From NCBI GenBank assembly GCA_964247055.1, contig OZ176050.1, positions 9,486,001-9,550,000 on the forward strand: DNA of 64,000 nucleotides, read 5' to 3'. Below are positions 40,466 to 53,761 of the stretch, piece by piece. The stretch comes from Paragordius varius. Its lineage: Eukaryota; Animalia; Nematomorpha. A program made the position numbers and the translations under genes. Position 1 is the stretch's first letter, and every line of letters begins with the position of its first letter. The notes under the pieces are model-generated. The model did no database searches. It saw only the letters and a program-made list of their open reading frames with translations, and had not been told where the DNA came from.

Positions 40466-42222
40466 TTCTTCGATTCATATTGGGGTAATTGGATACCCCA
40501 GGCCTTTGTAAAACAAATAATCTAAATAGACCTTTTGTTTTAAAGTTCTATCGCTTATTTTATATTTATTTATGCCTAATTAACTAAATACAACAGGAAA
40601 ATTACATTTTAATTCAAGTCTCTACATGCTTCAGACAATCGGTTTACAAATATCTATTATTTATATTTAGCATCGCCATAACAGAACGAAAAAATCTTTA
40701 AATATAAGTTTTTCTAATTTATAGCCTTATAAAGACATATACTTGAATATCCTTATATAAGATATTGGACAGTTATTGAATCTTGAAAAGCAACTATAAA
40801 ATTAGTCTTATAATTTTTGTAGACTTGCTTAAATTGAAAACATTCCACGTACTTTCTGAATATTTAGGCTTACTATAAAATAGTATAAATATCATGAAAG
40901 AAACAGAATCATATACACCAAGATGGTTTTGTCAACAGGTCATCAAAATTTATATAAATCTTGATCTCCCAGAATAATTCTGAATAATTTTATATTTGAT
41001 GCTTTATATCTAATCATGTATTTTTATTTATTCTACGTCAAAATAAATCAAAACTTGCTTTTTGCCTTCTAGAAGTAAATCGTTTATTATTAGGTAAGTG
41101 AAACTTACCGCGGCCCGGGCTCTATTTTAATGCCAATTATTAGAATTTTTTTTGTGATTGTTTCAAAAATAATGCCAATTTCTCATTTTTAAACCCTTCA
41201 AAATTTATCTGGTTTAATAGGTGTTAAATTCGATCCAAATATTTAAATTTATAAAGTGATCTTGTTTTGTCTCAGCTTGCATCAAGGCACATTAAAATAA
41301 CAATTATTTTTAATGAGATTTGTCAAGAAGGATAATCACAACGGATTCCGATTTAGCATTGATCGATAAATATAGTGTAAAAATATCTTAATTCCAAATA
41401 ATTTATTTAGATTATTTTCATAGTTTGTGCAAACAATTTAAGAGGATCGCAATATACAGATTTTTTGTGAACAGATTTTCTATGAAAATTGCACCTTGTA
41501 GAATATATAAGTATATATATCTTTTTGGCATATTAATATTATTGCAAACCGTTATAAAGCCGAAAAAGATTATTTATAAGAACATGTATGATTTGCGCAA
41601 GCCCATAGCAATCAAGATACCTAAATTTGCATATAGATAATAATATACCTATCAAAGTCTTCTATGTTCAAATCTATTTTTCCGATTTTCATAATCAAAT
41701 TTTTTACGTCATAGGTTATGATAGAATTAAATGTTGTAATTGGGTGGTGGATAATTGATTTGAGCCCGGGGATAAAACGACTTATATTGGATTGCTAATT
41801 TTTCCATTATATTATAACTAAATAAAATAATTTTATACCTGACTTTGAAGATGAGGAGTCATCCACATTATAATCTCTGCTACTATCAAAATTATCTGAA
41901 TAATCTTCCATAACAACAAAATAAATGCTTCGTAACGGAAAACACTTTAAATGATATGTTTACAGAAGGTGGGATTGTGTATACTTTAAAAATAATATGT
42001 ATTCTGGTAAAAAAATTCAAAAATAATTCTGGCCCCAACCGATTCGAGATGAGATTTTTTTTCAAAACTAAATTTCATTAAGTAATTTTGATTTAATTAT
42101 ATATTTTTTATAAAGATGGAAACATAAATTTAAATTAGGACCATTCTATTGGGTAGTTTTTTTAAAAACACTAATTTGAAAAAGGTCTGGGGTATTTAGA
42201 TACCCCAATTTAAATCGAAGTG
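40466..42222 (-). mobile_element. piggyBac-like element (~1.76 kb) with decayed transposase-like remnants
   Basis: Same asymmetric TIR pair as 32543-33095, in reverse, with the right end abutting TTAA (42223-42226). Minus-strand fragments GILIAMGLRK, PIKPDKF and KPSWCI*FCFFHDIYTIL weakly resemble PGBD motifs; acidic N-terminus MEDYSDNFDSS. Confidence 0.55.
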
Positions 42223-43077
42223 TTAATCAACTGTTTTAAAAAGATATTTGGACAATTTATTTGAACCTTGATCTTTTATAGTAAAAATCTTATATTTACC
42301 CTCTTTTACTTATTGAACCAATGATATAGATTTAAAACCCGACTAAGATAAACACTGATTCTGATATCAATAAACATTAAAAATAGATAAAATTCAAAAA
42401 CTTTATACGACACAATTATTTTTATGCTGTTTTAGTGAAAAAAAGTTTCAATAAAGCGGCAAAAAGTCAGCATTAAGACAATATTTAATTTTTTTATAAA
42501 AAATATCCACCCAAAAAACTAAATGGATATTAAATTTGGTTAAATATCTTTAAAAATAAAATGGCCCCATAAAGTAATGAAGTGTTGCATTTGGGTTTTA
42601 TCCAAACTTTAGAGTTTATATGTCACAAAATAATGAGAATAATAAAATATTATAGGGAATGAGCATTAAAATCAATACCTTTATTAATATATTTTAGGAA
42701 ATTCAAACCATAAAAATATTCTAAAAAAATTCATACATATAGTTTATGTAATGAAACCTTTTATCCTTTTATAAAAATAATCATGTCTACTATTGATATA
42801 TGGTTTTTTAGAAATAGATTGCTTAAAAAGTGCTATTCATATATTTTTGCTTTAATTTGGTCCATAAGAATATACTGTATCAAGGTGTATCAAGAAAAGG
42901 GTGTAGCAGACCCACGTCGCCACTGTCCACAAAAGACGTCCCTTGCTGTCCTTCCATACACCAGTCAATGGTAGTTTAGTGACAGCCGTCTAGTTGCGTC
43001 AGGGGTGGGTAACTGTAATAATTTAACAATATATATTTTGTCGGATTTAACCATATGCTTCGTGTCACTGCAAAATT

Positions 43078-43796
43078 ATGGTAAACGTGCATTTCTTGCT
43101 CTCCGTGGTCTTTGCCACCTTACCATTTGCACATTCCTTTTTCAAACATATTGATGCCAATGAAGAATATACTATGTTTTTGGATCTACATCAAAACCAA
43201 AAATTTGACCTAATATATGAAGTTGTAGATGGTGGCTTTTTAGATATTGATGTCAAGGTTTTAAATTTTTAAATATTTAATGTATCCATTATACAATATT
43301 TATCCTTATTTATTATATACTGTAGGTTACAGATCCTGCTAATAGGACTCTATATCAAGCATCAAGAGAGTCAAATAACAAGTTAAAGTTTTCAGCCAAT
43401 ATGGATGGAATGTATTACCTAACTTTCAGTAATAAAATGTCAACCATGACCCCTAAAATTGTTTTATTTAACTTTGAATCGGAAGAAACTCGAAATTTAA
43501 CACGAGAGTCAGATGGTTTAATTATAATTAATTTTAGATGAAAAACATCGCAAACTTGCTGATATGTTGCAAGAACTTGGATTAAATCTTGAAAATGTCA
43601 AACGGGATCAAGACTTTATGGAGGCCAGGGATAAAATTCACAGATCAAGTTTAAAAATATTAATAATGTAGTTAATGAAAATACTAATTCAAGGGTAGTT
43701 ATGTGGTCCCTTTTTGAATCATTGGTACTTATCGCTATGACAGTTGGTCAAGTGTATTACCTTAAAAGATTTTTTGAAGTGCGCCGAGTTATATAA
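43078..43796 (+). CDS. TMED2: p24/TMED2 cargo receptor (201 aa)
   Basis: Exons 43078-43257, 43326-43515, 43538-43648, 43672-43796; introns 68, 22, 23 nt. [44 protein letters not shown]; intron positions equal those of human TMED2. Confidence 0.95.
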
Positions 43797-44059
43797 ATAA
43801 ATAAATTTTTGTACAGAACTTTCATGATTTATTTTATACAGTGGAACCTCTTATACCAACACTGCACATAATTTTTCCAAAAAATGTCATATTTATTTTG
43901 TCATTTATTATGAAATAACGGGGAAAACGGCGGTTTTATGCGAAGATTAATGCCCTTTCAAAATTTTCTTTTTATTTAGCGTTGTTTTTTGAGCATAGCA
44001 AAACTATACTTTAATTAAATAATTAAATTTTCAATGATGTGGTGTATCAAGACTGAATA

Positions 44060-44470
44060 TAGATAGATATATGGCGATTGTCAGGAGACCCCTTGGCACG
44101 TTGTGACCATGTTTATGTGTTTGATCATTGCATTGAAGAATTTTTTGTTTAACCAATACACGGCTTTTATGTTTTTGTTCTGCAGGTCTTGGGAAATGTT
44201 ATTGCTGGACGGTGTTGTTGTTTGGCTTAAAATTTATTATTTTTATCCAATTATCATTAACTAATCTTTGTATGTGACCGTAGTAGCCGAGTCTACGGAT
44301 CTTGGATGTATTTTGAGATTGGTAGGGTATTTCTTTTTTTATCATTTTAAGAAACTGTTCTCTTAATGTATTGTTTTTTGTTTCATATTGTCAAGCATAT
44401 TCCTTAGTGTTTTGTTCATTTATGTCTCACAGTCATATGTTATTGTAGTCCCAAGGCCAACGCTGATAAC
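44060..44470 (-). mobile_element. RTE-clade LINE 3' fragment
   Basis: Minus-strand TITYDCET and SKIRRLGYYGHIQRL match the RTE C-terminal LTY..ETW and RRL..YGH..R motifs. Confidence 0.6.
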
Positions 44471-44499
44471 ACTGCTCAACAAGGTTTTGCACCACCCCA

Positions 44500-45170
44500 T
44501 TATTTTTGCATTTTCTGATACCTAATGGCATGGAAAGGCCAAAACAAAAAAGAAAATCGAGGCCACCAATAGGATTTTTCTGAAATTTAATTTTTAAATT
44601 TGTATTTAATTTAAAAATAACAATCATTCCTCGTGTATATATGTTTAAATATTCAAACGAACAAGTCGATACAAATATTCCATGCATGAATAACAAAATT
44701 CTAGGCATTAAATAAGATACTAAACAATCTAAGAGCCAAAGTATTAAAAATCTAAAAGGGGCTTATGTATAGTGTGATAGATCCGGGCGGCTGCACAAGC
44801 TCTGCATATCCCCCAAGCGATCCAATTATGCCAGATATGGCAAAGATAACAATAAGTAATCGTAAAGCCCGATAAAAGAGACTTGCAAGCAAAATCCAGG
44901 CAAATTGACATGTCAAATTAACCAATTCACAGAATAAAGTTAGATAAATTCTACAATTAAATTGAATAAAAAGATTAGGTAAATACAAATGGTCCAATCC
45001 CATAATAGTAAATTCTACTAAAAGTGGCTAAACAACATCCATCTGTAATTAAAAATACAAAACAATCAATAATTTTAAAAAATAAATTATATCCACTAGG
45101 TATAAATAAAGTATTTTTTGTAAGAACCAACTCAAGAAAAAAAGCCTAATAAGTACTCGAAAGGACGAAA
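44500..45170 (-). CDS. Possible multi-pass membrane protein of unknown family (exon structure unresolved)
   Basis: GC-enriched hydrophobic open frames (IYLTLFCELVNLTCQFAWILLASLFYRALRLLIVIFAISGIIGSLGGYAEL; RFLILWLLDCLVSYLMPRILLFMHGIF) with intron-like AT tracts between them. No phase-consistent full model and no recognisable homology. Confidence 0.3.
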
Positions 45171-45549
45171 ACTAACAAAAAAATATAGCCTATCTAAAAG
45201 CCGAAGGTTTAAACCATAGAATGCCTTTTTTAGTATTTTTTTAAAAATTTTTTATATGTATTAAAAATTCACTTGAAAGAAAAAGACTAAATTTTGACGT
45301 TTAAGTCCGTACTATTTTTTTCTCTCTGATATTTAAATGATATATTTATATTCAAAAGATAGAGTTTAAAACGCTTTATTTGATGATATTAAGTTTATAA
45401 TATAATAACATTTTTTTATAAAGTTATATTTAATTTTCTCTCGATTTTCTCTTGTTTTTGAAAAATTGAAAAACCTATAATATTTCAAAATTCTGATTGG
45501 CGGGATCAAAAATTTTTTCACATTCGGTTTTAAAACACTGAAATTAGTC

Positions 45550-46650
45550 ATAATTTAAAGGTTTGAGTGGTGGTGCTAAAAAATGTCTAAATTTGTCGAC
45601 TAGTGTAATTGATAGGGGCTGATTACCAATCTTTATTTTCTAGTTTAAGATATATAAACTTTTATTTTTGAATCATTCTTTGGAAATTTTTTAAACTTTG
45701 ATGATAAATATTTAGCAATTGGGTAACGACGAGAGTATATAACACAACGGTTTCTTTGATTTTTTTTCTTTGTTTTGCTCATTAAGGGTTTCTTAGGAAT
45801 TCTTATATTAGTGGTTTCATGATGATTATTTTTAATTTAATTTTTACTGTTTGTTTATATTTTTAATTGTATCTCCTGATGATGCCTATGGCGAAAATTT
45901 GAAAACCAATAAAACGGTATCTTATGACGATATTCACATTACAATTAATTCACTATGGTTAATATTGTGGATTGCTTTCTATATGTATGTCACGAGCTTA
46001 AAATGTATTGTTGCAAATTCCAGCTACGCAAGACCCGACTCTGACAAGACTACTTGCCAATTATTGTGGGACAATGACATCCTGGGAAGCAATGTTGGAG
46101 TGGCTGATATTTGAGTAGGGCTCGTTCCCAATCTTCGACATCTCTTTTGATAGGAGAAACTTAGCTCAAGCGAGGTCAACGGCCACTTATCTTGGGTTAG
46201 TGTCCAGTTGAGGGTACAGCTGAATCATGGTCGAATGAAGGGGTAACGTTGACACTTGTGATGTCGAATATCACCAAAATTGGGCTCCTTAAAGACCCCC
46301 TTTTTACCAATGATAAGATCTTGACTCTACATTTTACTTGACATAGACCTTTGACATTACTTTAAGGAGTAAGGACCATTACTGTTTGTACAGTTATTTA
46401 AAATCAAATATTGCTTTTACATACCTAACACGGTAATTCGTTTAATATATATATGGCTTTTTAACCATGCTAAGTTGCATTAACACACCTAACATAAAGC
46501 ATTCATTTATGTGTGTGGATAGTAACATCAAACTTAAACTATGAGTTTTCCCGCTCTGAAGTCTGATGCATAACGGATGAGTATGGAATGTCTTGACGGC
46601 ACCGACGACCGTCCGGTTCTACACCCTTTACTTGTTTATATTTTGTTTTT
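45550..46650. repeat. Unclassified dispersed repeat, copy 2 (cf. 23570-24740)
   Basis: Collinear shared blocks, same orientation as copy 1. Confidence 0.7.
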
Positions 46651-46729
46651 GAAATATGTTTACATTGGTTATACCTAATAATGTTTTAATATTCATATAT
46701 CTTTTAATATGCTATACATATGATAGATA

Positions 46730-47725
46730 CTCCTTACTCAGCATCTATCATCAAAGAAACGCTTGACTAAAATTTTTGCCTTTTAACAGGCAATACGAAA
46801 AATCTTTCTCGAATTTTTACAGTCTCATACCGTGGGCAAAAAAATACAATCAAAAAAATATTTTTGTGGACTTTGTTTTTTTTGAAAAAAATGGCATTTT
46901 ACGGGGGGAGCGGGTAAAAAGAGGGCCTAAATCAAAAAAGTGACTCGACTATGTTCGGCGCAATCGAAAATAAGTAAACAAAAATCATATTTGAAATTGA
47001 ATGATCGAACACGTTCTCCAAAAAATTGACTTAACCCATTTTTCACACGGGGTGGGCCCAAACTGGGGACCTAATTCCAAAAAAGGGCGAAGCTATTGTC
47101 GGGGCATTCATTAATGATTAAATTTTTTCGATGTTTGGATTTGAATGGCTTCACCGGTTTTCCGGAAACAGATCACAAAGTTATATGAAAAATCAGTTTT
47201 TAGCGGGTAGCTCCTTACCCTGCAGCTATCATCAAATAAACGGTGGACTAAAATTTTTGCCTTTTAATAGTAAATACGTGGAATCTTTATTGAATTTTTA
47301 CGGTTTCATACCTAGGGCGAAAAATCGATTTAAAAAATTATTTTTGTGGACTTTGTTTTTTGAAAAAAAATGGCATTTTACGGGGGGAGCGGGTAAAAAG
47401 AGGGCCTAAATCAAAAAAGTGACTCGACTATGTTCGGCGCAATCGAAAATAAGTAAACAAAAATCATATTTGAAATTGAATGGTCCAACACGTTCTCCGG
47501 AAAATTGTCTCAAAAACACGATTTTGTGGACTTCTGTTTTTAAAAAAAACTCGTTTTTCATAGGGGTGGGCCCGAACTGGGGGCCTATTTCAAAAAAAGG
47601 GCGAAGCTATTGTCGGGACATTTATTAATGATTATATTTTTTCGATATTTGGATTTGATTGGGTCTACCGGTTTTCCTGTACCAGATCACAAAGCCAGCA
47701 TTTTCTATATTTATAAATATATAGA
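46730..47725 (-). mobile_element. Helitron copy D: two head-to-tail copies of the 5'-subterminal ~450-550 bp
   Basis: 5' end A|TCTATATATTTATAAATATAG at 47725. Units ~46730-47180 and ~47181-47725 both carry GCATTTTACGGGGGGAGCGGGTAAAAAGAGGGCCTAAATCAAAAAAGTGACTCGACTATG. Confidence 0.8.
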
Positions 47726-47799
47726 TTTCAAAAACAATAATTAATAAATTAGGTACAATAACAACCAAAAATAAAAATGAGATACAAGAATGAATAAAG

Positions 47800-50560
47800 A
47801 CTTTAAATCTATATCGGAACATTCGAAATTGGCTCTTAGAATGTAACAATGGCAATTAAGCAATGGCTGGTTATAGATACGGTGAGATTAGATTTAAACA
47901 TATGCTGTCTACAAGAAACTCGATATAAAAATGCAGGTATAAAACACTGATGGATATTCATTACTATACCAAGGTGGGAACAAAGGACAATCTGGCGTCG
48001 CCATAATGATGAAAGATACCCATAGCCAAAACGTAATCACCGTGACCCGTCACAGCGATAGGATTATTCAAGCTAGAATGATATAAACAAGTGATCCTCG
48101 GTGTTATTTCCGTATATGCACCCCAAGATAAATGCAAACTGGATTCGTGGGATCAACTCCACCAAATATGTTCCAATATACTCAAAACAGACTGTTTAAT
48201 GATTGGAGAAGATCTAAACGCACATGTTGGAAGCAGCGAAGGCTTCTCTGTTATACATGGAGGATACAACTTTGATAACCGGGACAAAGAAGGAGAAAAT
48301 GTTTTAGAATTTTGTGCAGCTCAGCGACTACAATTAGCAAAACTCAATATCTGGTAAATACAACCACTTATAATGCGGAAACACAGCATAAAGTAACATC
48401 ATTTTTTAATAATAGGCCTTCTAATCATAATACCAAACCTAGACTTAATATACATAAGCTTAAAAAACCTGAGATAATGAAAAAATTCAAAAATTCGCTT
48501 GACTTAAACATTGTTAATCTAAACGTTGAAGACTCCTGGCACAGTCTAACAAGCAATGCGATTTAAAGTGTAGAAAAATTGTGTGGTAAAAGAAAGAGCA
48601 AAGCCCAAAAGAAATGGTGGAGGGACGATTCAATTAAGCCACTACTTAAAGAAAAGGCGCGTTTGTATAAAAAATGAAAGAAATCGAAAAGAGAATACGA
48701 CAAAACTGAGTATTACAAATACAACAAAAAGGTACAAAAGGAAATAAATTAATTGATGATAAAGAGGCTAAAGATACTGCCGATAAATTGGACAAAGAAA
48801 TCCAAATTATGAAAATTTTCAATCATATGAAACTTTACAAAACAAAAAAGCTATACCAACGATTAATTGTATAAAGATAATAATAATAGTTTACAAATAC
48901 AACCAGAATTAATTAAATCCATATGGCAAAAATATATGGAACAAAATCTAAACAACCATTTAACACCCATCCTAAATTCTGTCAGAGATCCCTGTTGGGT
49001 CCATTAAGGATATTTACAATACAAAAAATCGAAATTGCCTTAATCAAATGAAATCAAACAAGGCTTCGGGCCCTAGTGAACTGTTTTGATATCATAAAAT
49101 TAATATCCAATATTTCCATGCTTTTAACAAATTTTAACAAAATAATGGTTGAAATGAAAATACCCACAGACTGGGAAAAAAGCATTAAATTTCCCTTCAA
49201 AAATAAAGAGGATATTCTTAATTGCTCCTCATACAGGCCCTTAAAACTTCTTGAACATGGGTTAAAATTTTTGAAATGTGCCTCAAACGTATCGCCGAGC
49301 TCATATCAATTGATCCAATGCAATTAAAAGAACAATCGATCCAATTTTCCTACTCAGACAATTACAAGATAAATACCGAACAAAAGGTCTTAAAATATTC
49401 CTCCTTTTTGTCGATTTAAAAAAGGCTTACGACTCAGTACCTAGAGCACTAATAATAAAATCACTGAGCTACAACAACTTAGATGAATATACCATTAAAT
49501 TAATTATGTTGATCTACTCTACACCTACTCAATCAGTTGTGTTCTTACACCTGCTGGGAATTCAAAGTATTTTAGTATTAATACCGGGATGCATCAGGGG
49601 TCGGTCTTAAGCCCGTTTCTTTTCATATCTGTATTAGACTACATTACAAAAGACATTAGAGAAGGCTTACCGTATGAAATTCTCTAGGCAGTCTATCTTA
49701 TAATTAGTGCAGAAACTATTTCAATACTCGAAAATAAATATCTAATGTGGTTAAAACAATTACAAAAAACAGTCTTAGGATCAATACCAATATTCTAATC
49801 ACACTGAGCAAATATCCATGCCCAAAGTGGATCACTGAGGTAAAACTAAACTCACTTTGTTGTACAAAATGCAGGAATTAAGTCCATAAAAAATGATCTT
49901 ATATAAAAGTAAAATTAATTAATAATTTTATCTGCACACCATGTGCTTTATCGATACCACTGCCAATATCTAATCCGCGTACTTTAAACCTCAATGGAAT
50001 TATAAATTGTAACATCTTTTCCATATCTTGGCGATTGTATACCATCTGGTGGTTCTTTAAAAAATGCCATTTCTCATAGAATCAGACAGGGATGGGCCAA
50101 ATTTAATAAAAATATATTTTAACTAATAAAAATATTAAATTAAATCATAAGATAAAGATTTACAAAATGGGACTAAGACCAGCTATGACATACGCTACAG
50201 AAACCTGGGCCATTAGAGCAAACAGACATAAATAGACATACTAGAGCTGAAAACATGCTAAATCTGCAACAATAATCTTGATAATAACATAAAAGAAGTA
50301 GAACTAATATCTCTGTTAATTCAGCGCAACCGATTGCGTTATTACGTGCATTTTCAACATATGAATTCCCATAACTGGGTACAAATACAACTAAACATAC
50401 CCGGCCCATAGAGAAAAGGTTGCCCTAAACCCACATGGTACAAACAGCTGACCCAAGATCTCTTACAATTCAATATTGAACACGAACAAGTCTTTGATAG
50501 AACATTGTTACAAAGGTTAGTGCATGGTAACCCCAGATACCCTGGGAACGGAGAGATAAA
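47800..50560 (+). pseudogene. Near full-length decayed RTE-clade LINE (APE endonuclease + RT)
   Basis: APE: CLQETRYK, YQGGNKGQSGVAIMMK, VISVYAPQ, GEDLNAHVG, EGENVLEFC. RT: SSYRPLKLLEH, FVDLKKAYDSVPR, GMHQGSVLSPFLF. C-terminal RPAMTYATETWA, RLRYYVH. Many stops and frameshifts. Confidence 0.85.
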
Positions 50561-50979
50561 ATTGGAATTAAATTTTAACCATGATAATTATATACGTATA
50601 AACTAGAAATTTTTGAAAAATGTATGCCAAAAATATACAATTATTTATTTAGTGTTTATACATGCATAAAAATTCCGGTATCATCTAAAGATTCCAATCA
50701 TATTCTTAATCTATAAATGGAAATATTATTGATAACACTTAATACAAATAAATTAGAATCAAAAAGCACAATTATTATCAGATAAAGATATGTAAATTAG
50801 TGTATTTTCTAATATCTATCCATTGATCTTACGTCTATATTTTTAAAAAATCCAAAAAATAAACTATTATAGTTTATAGACTTTTTATTAATTATAAATC
50901 AAAATTTAAACGGCTTTTTATCATAATGCAAAATCGAACAAAAAATAATAATTCTTATTTAAACCTTATAATATAGGCC

Positions 50980-50982
<3 letters not shown>

Positions 50983-51012
<30 letters not shown>
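50983..51012. repeat. (AT)15 microsatellite
   Basis: Direct reading. Confidence 0.95.
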
Positions 51013-51015
<3 letters not shown>

Positions 51016-52090
51016 GGTCAATAAAACTTAATTTAATTATGTAATTGAGTAACTTGAAAGTTTACTAAGCATTATAAATATTAAAAGAACAAATTTTAAC
51101 AAGTTTAATCTGCACCAAGCCTGAAAAAATTATAATAATTATTTTCTTGTATTCACAGAATATTTTAAGTTTAAAAAATCATTTTTTAAATATATAAAAA
51201 ATATGAATAATTTTAAACCTTAAAAAACAAATAATTTATTTTAAGTTGAATTTGAATTGTTGGGTGAATTTGAAATGTAAATTATAAATAAACTACAATA
51301 ATGGCAAAAAAGTTGAACTAGCTATATTTTATCTATTCTTTACCCATTGTATTAATATTAAAAATCATTGAAAAATCATTTTATAATTTTAAGCCGTATA
51401 CATAATAATTGCCTTGCATTTCATATTTTAATTTTTCATTATAAGCATGGTTGTCAACTATTCAAATCCATATCGAAAAACATGAGTGTATTTAGATTAT
51501 GTTAATGAAAATGAAATTTACCTCATTGTTAGTAGTAAATATAATTAAAAATTTATAAAAATCTTAACCTTAGATAATGATTTAAAATATGATACAGTAG
51601 TAAATACAGTATGCACATTTGTGTTAGGCAATTCACATTATTTTAGGTCAATTGGCAACACAGTAATATATGGGTAAAATAACAAAATATTGAAATTAAA
51701 CAATTCCCTATCTTACCCCATTAATTTGTTTATAAGTAAGGATAAATGTTTTATAACACACGCCACTGTTTTATCAATTAACCAACAATAATGTGAATAT
51801 GCCAGCATAAATCTGCACACTGTATATGCTAGTTTTTTTACATTTAGAGTATATTGCAATATGATTGGCTTAAATTTAGTGCATATAAAAATATATATTT
51901 TTCGCTTTTTTCCCCTTTTCAACCAAATTAAGCTATCTAATATCAAATGAAAAACTAGCGATGTATAATTACTCAACTGTATATACTTTAAACATGGTAT
52001 ATATTTAATTCAAATAAGTTAAAGCAATACTGTTTCTATGGTTGCGGATGGCTTTTGTATGAAAGTACGGAATCCATAGGGAGCCTATCA

Positions 52091-52096
<6 letters not shown>

Positions 52097-52152
<56 letters not shown>
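52097..52152. repeat. (AT)28 microsatellite
   Basis: Direct reading. Confidence 0.95.
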
Positions 52153-52155
<3 letters not shown>

Positions 52156-52695
52156 TTACTATACATAAATCTAAATAAGTAATTTTGTGGGTTTAGAATT
52201 ATAAAAATAATTAATGGTTTACGAGGTGAAGTACAGACCCATATTTGGATGATTTTAAAACATAAACCACCAACCCAACCTAAAATGATTAACTTTACTT
52301 ATAAAAGATCAAAAATGTTTTATGGCGTTTAATGTTGCTTCTTGATTAACAAAACTACTTATAAATTTCATAAGCAATTAGAAATATTTGCAATGAAGTT
52401 AGGGAGGTTTAAATGATGACTATCCACCTATTTATTTAATATCATTTTAAAACGACCCTCTTCGATTTATTTATATTAATACATTGTTTGAGGTTATTTT
52501 TTAAAATGGATGCGTTTAACGGGTTCAAACTTAATAAACCGCGGGGAATTAAATTTTAAACATTTATATAGTAATTAATTAATCCGAAAAAATGCATAAT
52601 GAATGCCGTTGATAAATAACATTAGCTGTAAGGTATTGTGAATTGCTCTATAATCAGAGGTAAAATTGTTGATTTTATTAATTTTTATATTAATA

Positions 52696-53280
52696 CTAGC
52701 GTAAATCTCGTGCTGCTACGCAGCCCGAGGAAGTCCTTCGGACTTCTGGGGGGGGGGGGGGGGGGGGGGGGGCTATTTGAAAGGGACAATAAAATGATCC
52801 ACATATGTGAATTATTTCGAAACATTATTTAATGATCTCATAGGAATTTCAAAACGGTGCATTCATACAAATATATTGTTTACTTGGGCGAAAAATAGAT
52901 TCAAAAAATTATTTTTGTGGGCTTTTTTTGAAAAAAATTACGTGGGGAGCGGGTAGGGCCTAAATTAAAAAAGCGAGACGACTATGTTCGGAGCAATCTA
53001 AAATAACTAAACAAAAATCATATTTAAAATTGAATGGTTTAACACGTTCTCCCGAAAATTGTCTCAAAGACACGATTTTTGTGGACTTGTGTTTTCAAAA
53101 AGAAACCGTTTTTTACACGGGGTGGGCCCGAACTGGGGGCCTAATTCAAAAAAGGGCAAAGCTATTTTCCGGGCATTCATTAATGATTATATTTTTTCGA
53201 TTTTTGGATTTGAATGCGTCTACCTGTTTTCCGGTACCAGATCCCAAAGCCAGCATTTTCCATTTTTATAAATGTATAGA
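52696..53280 (-). mobile_element. Non-autonomous Helitron, copy E (585 bp, internally deleted, both termini intact)
   Basis: A|TCTATACATTTATAAAAATGG at 53280 to CTAG|T at 52699-52696; two perfect hairpins (52712-52724, 52730-52746) and a G25 tract (52748-52772); lacks most internal tandem units. Confidence 0.88.
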
Positions 53281-53761
53281 TGTAATTTTTAGCATTTTAT
53301 AACTATTTGAAAAAGTAAAAATATAGGAGCGTATAATGTATGTATTGGGTAATAATTTTATGGATGATTATAATTTATGCAAACATTCGATTTTTGCAGA
53401 TTAATCTGTAAAGTGAAAAATATAAAGCAATTGCCCCCTTTTCGGGGGGTGGAACCATTTACATCATTACTCAAAACGACTATCTTTATAATTAAATATA
53501 TCTAAAACAGGGATTGAAACTGAAACCATTTCGTAAAAACTAGTACTATGGTTTTTTGTATATTATGTTTTTTGTCATTTATGCCAATAAAAAATATGGA
53601 ACTTGATTTAAAAAAAATTGGTCTTAAACTTGTTAACAAAAGTGAACCATAAATTTTCATAATATTAGTTTGCCATCGTGCCTCTCTTAATTTTAGATGG
53701 CATATAAAACGATAGATATCTTGAGAGGCATTAAATTATGAAAATGCTAAATATTTTAAAG

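Noticed and set aside
42912-43001. UPRE/ERSE-like CCACGTC and ATF-like TTGCGTCA upstream of TMED2
   Set aside because: Imperfect short matches; the segment shares a CTTGATACACC tail with the RTE fragment at 44.05 kb and may be TE-derived.
51380-52260. Possible minus-strand exons with GT/AG-like boundaries
   Set aside because: No coherent reading frame or homology could be assembled.
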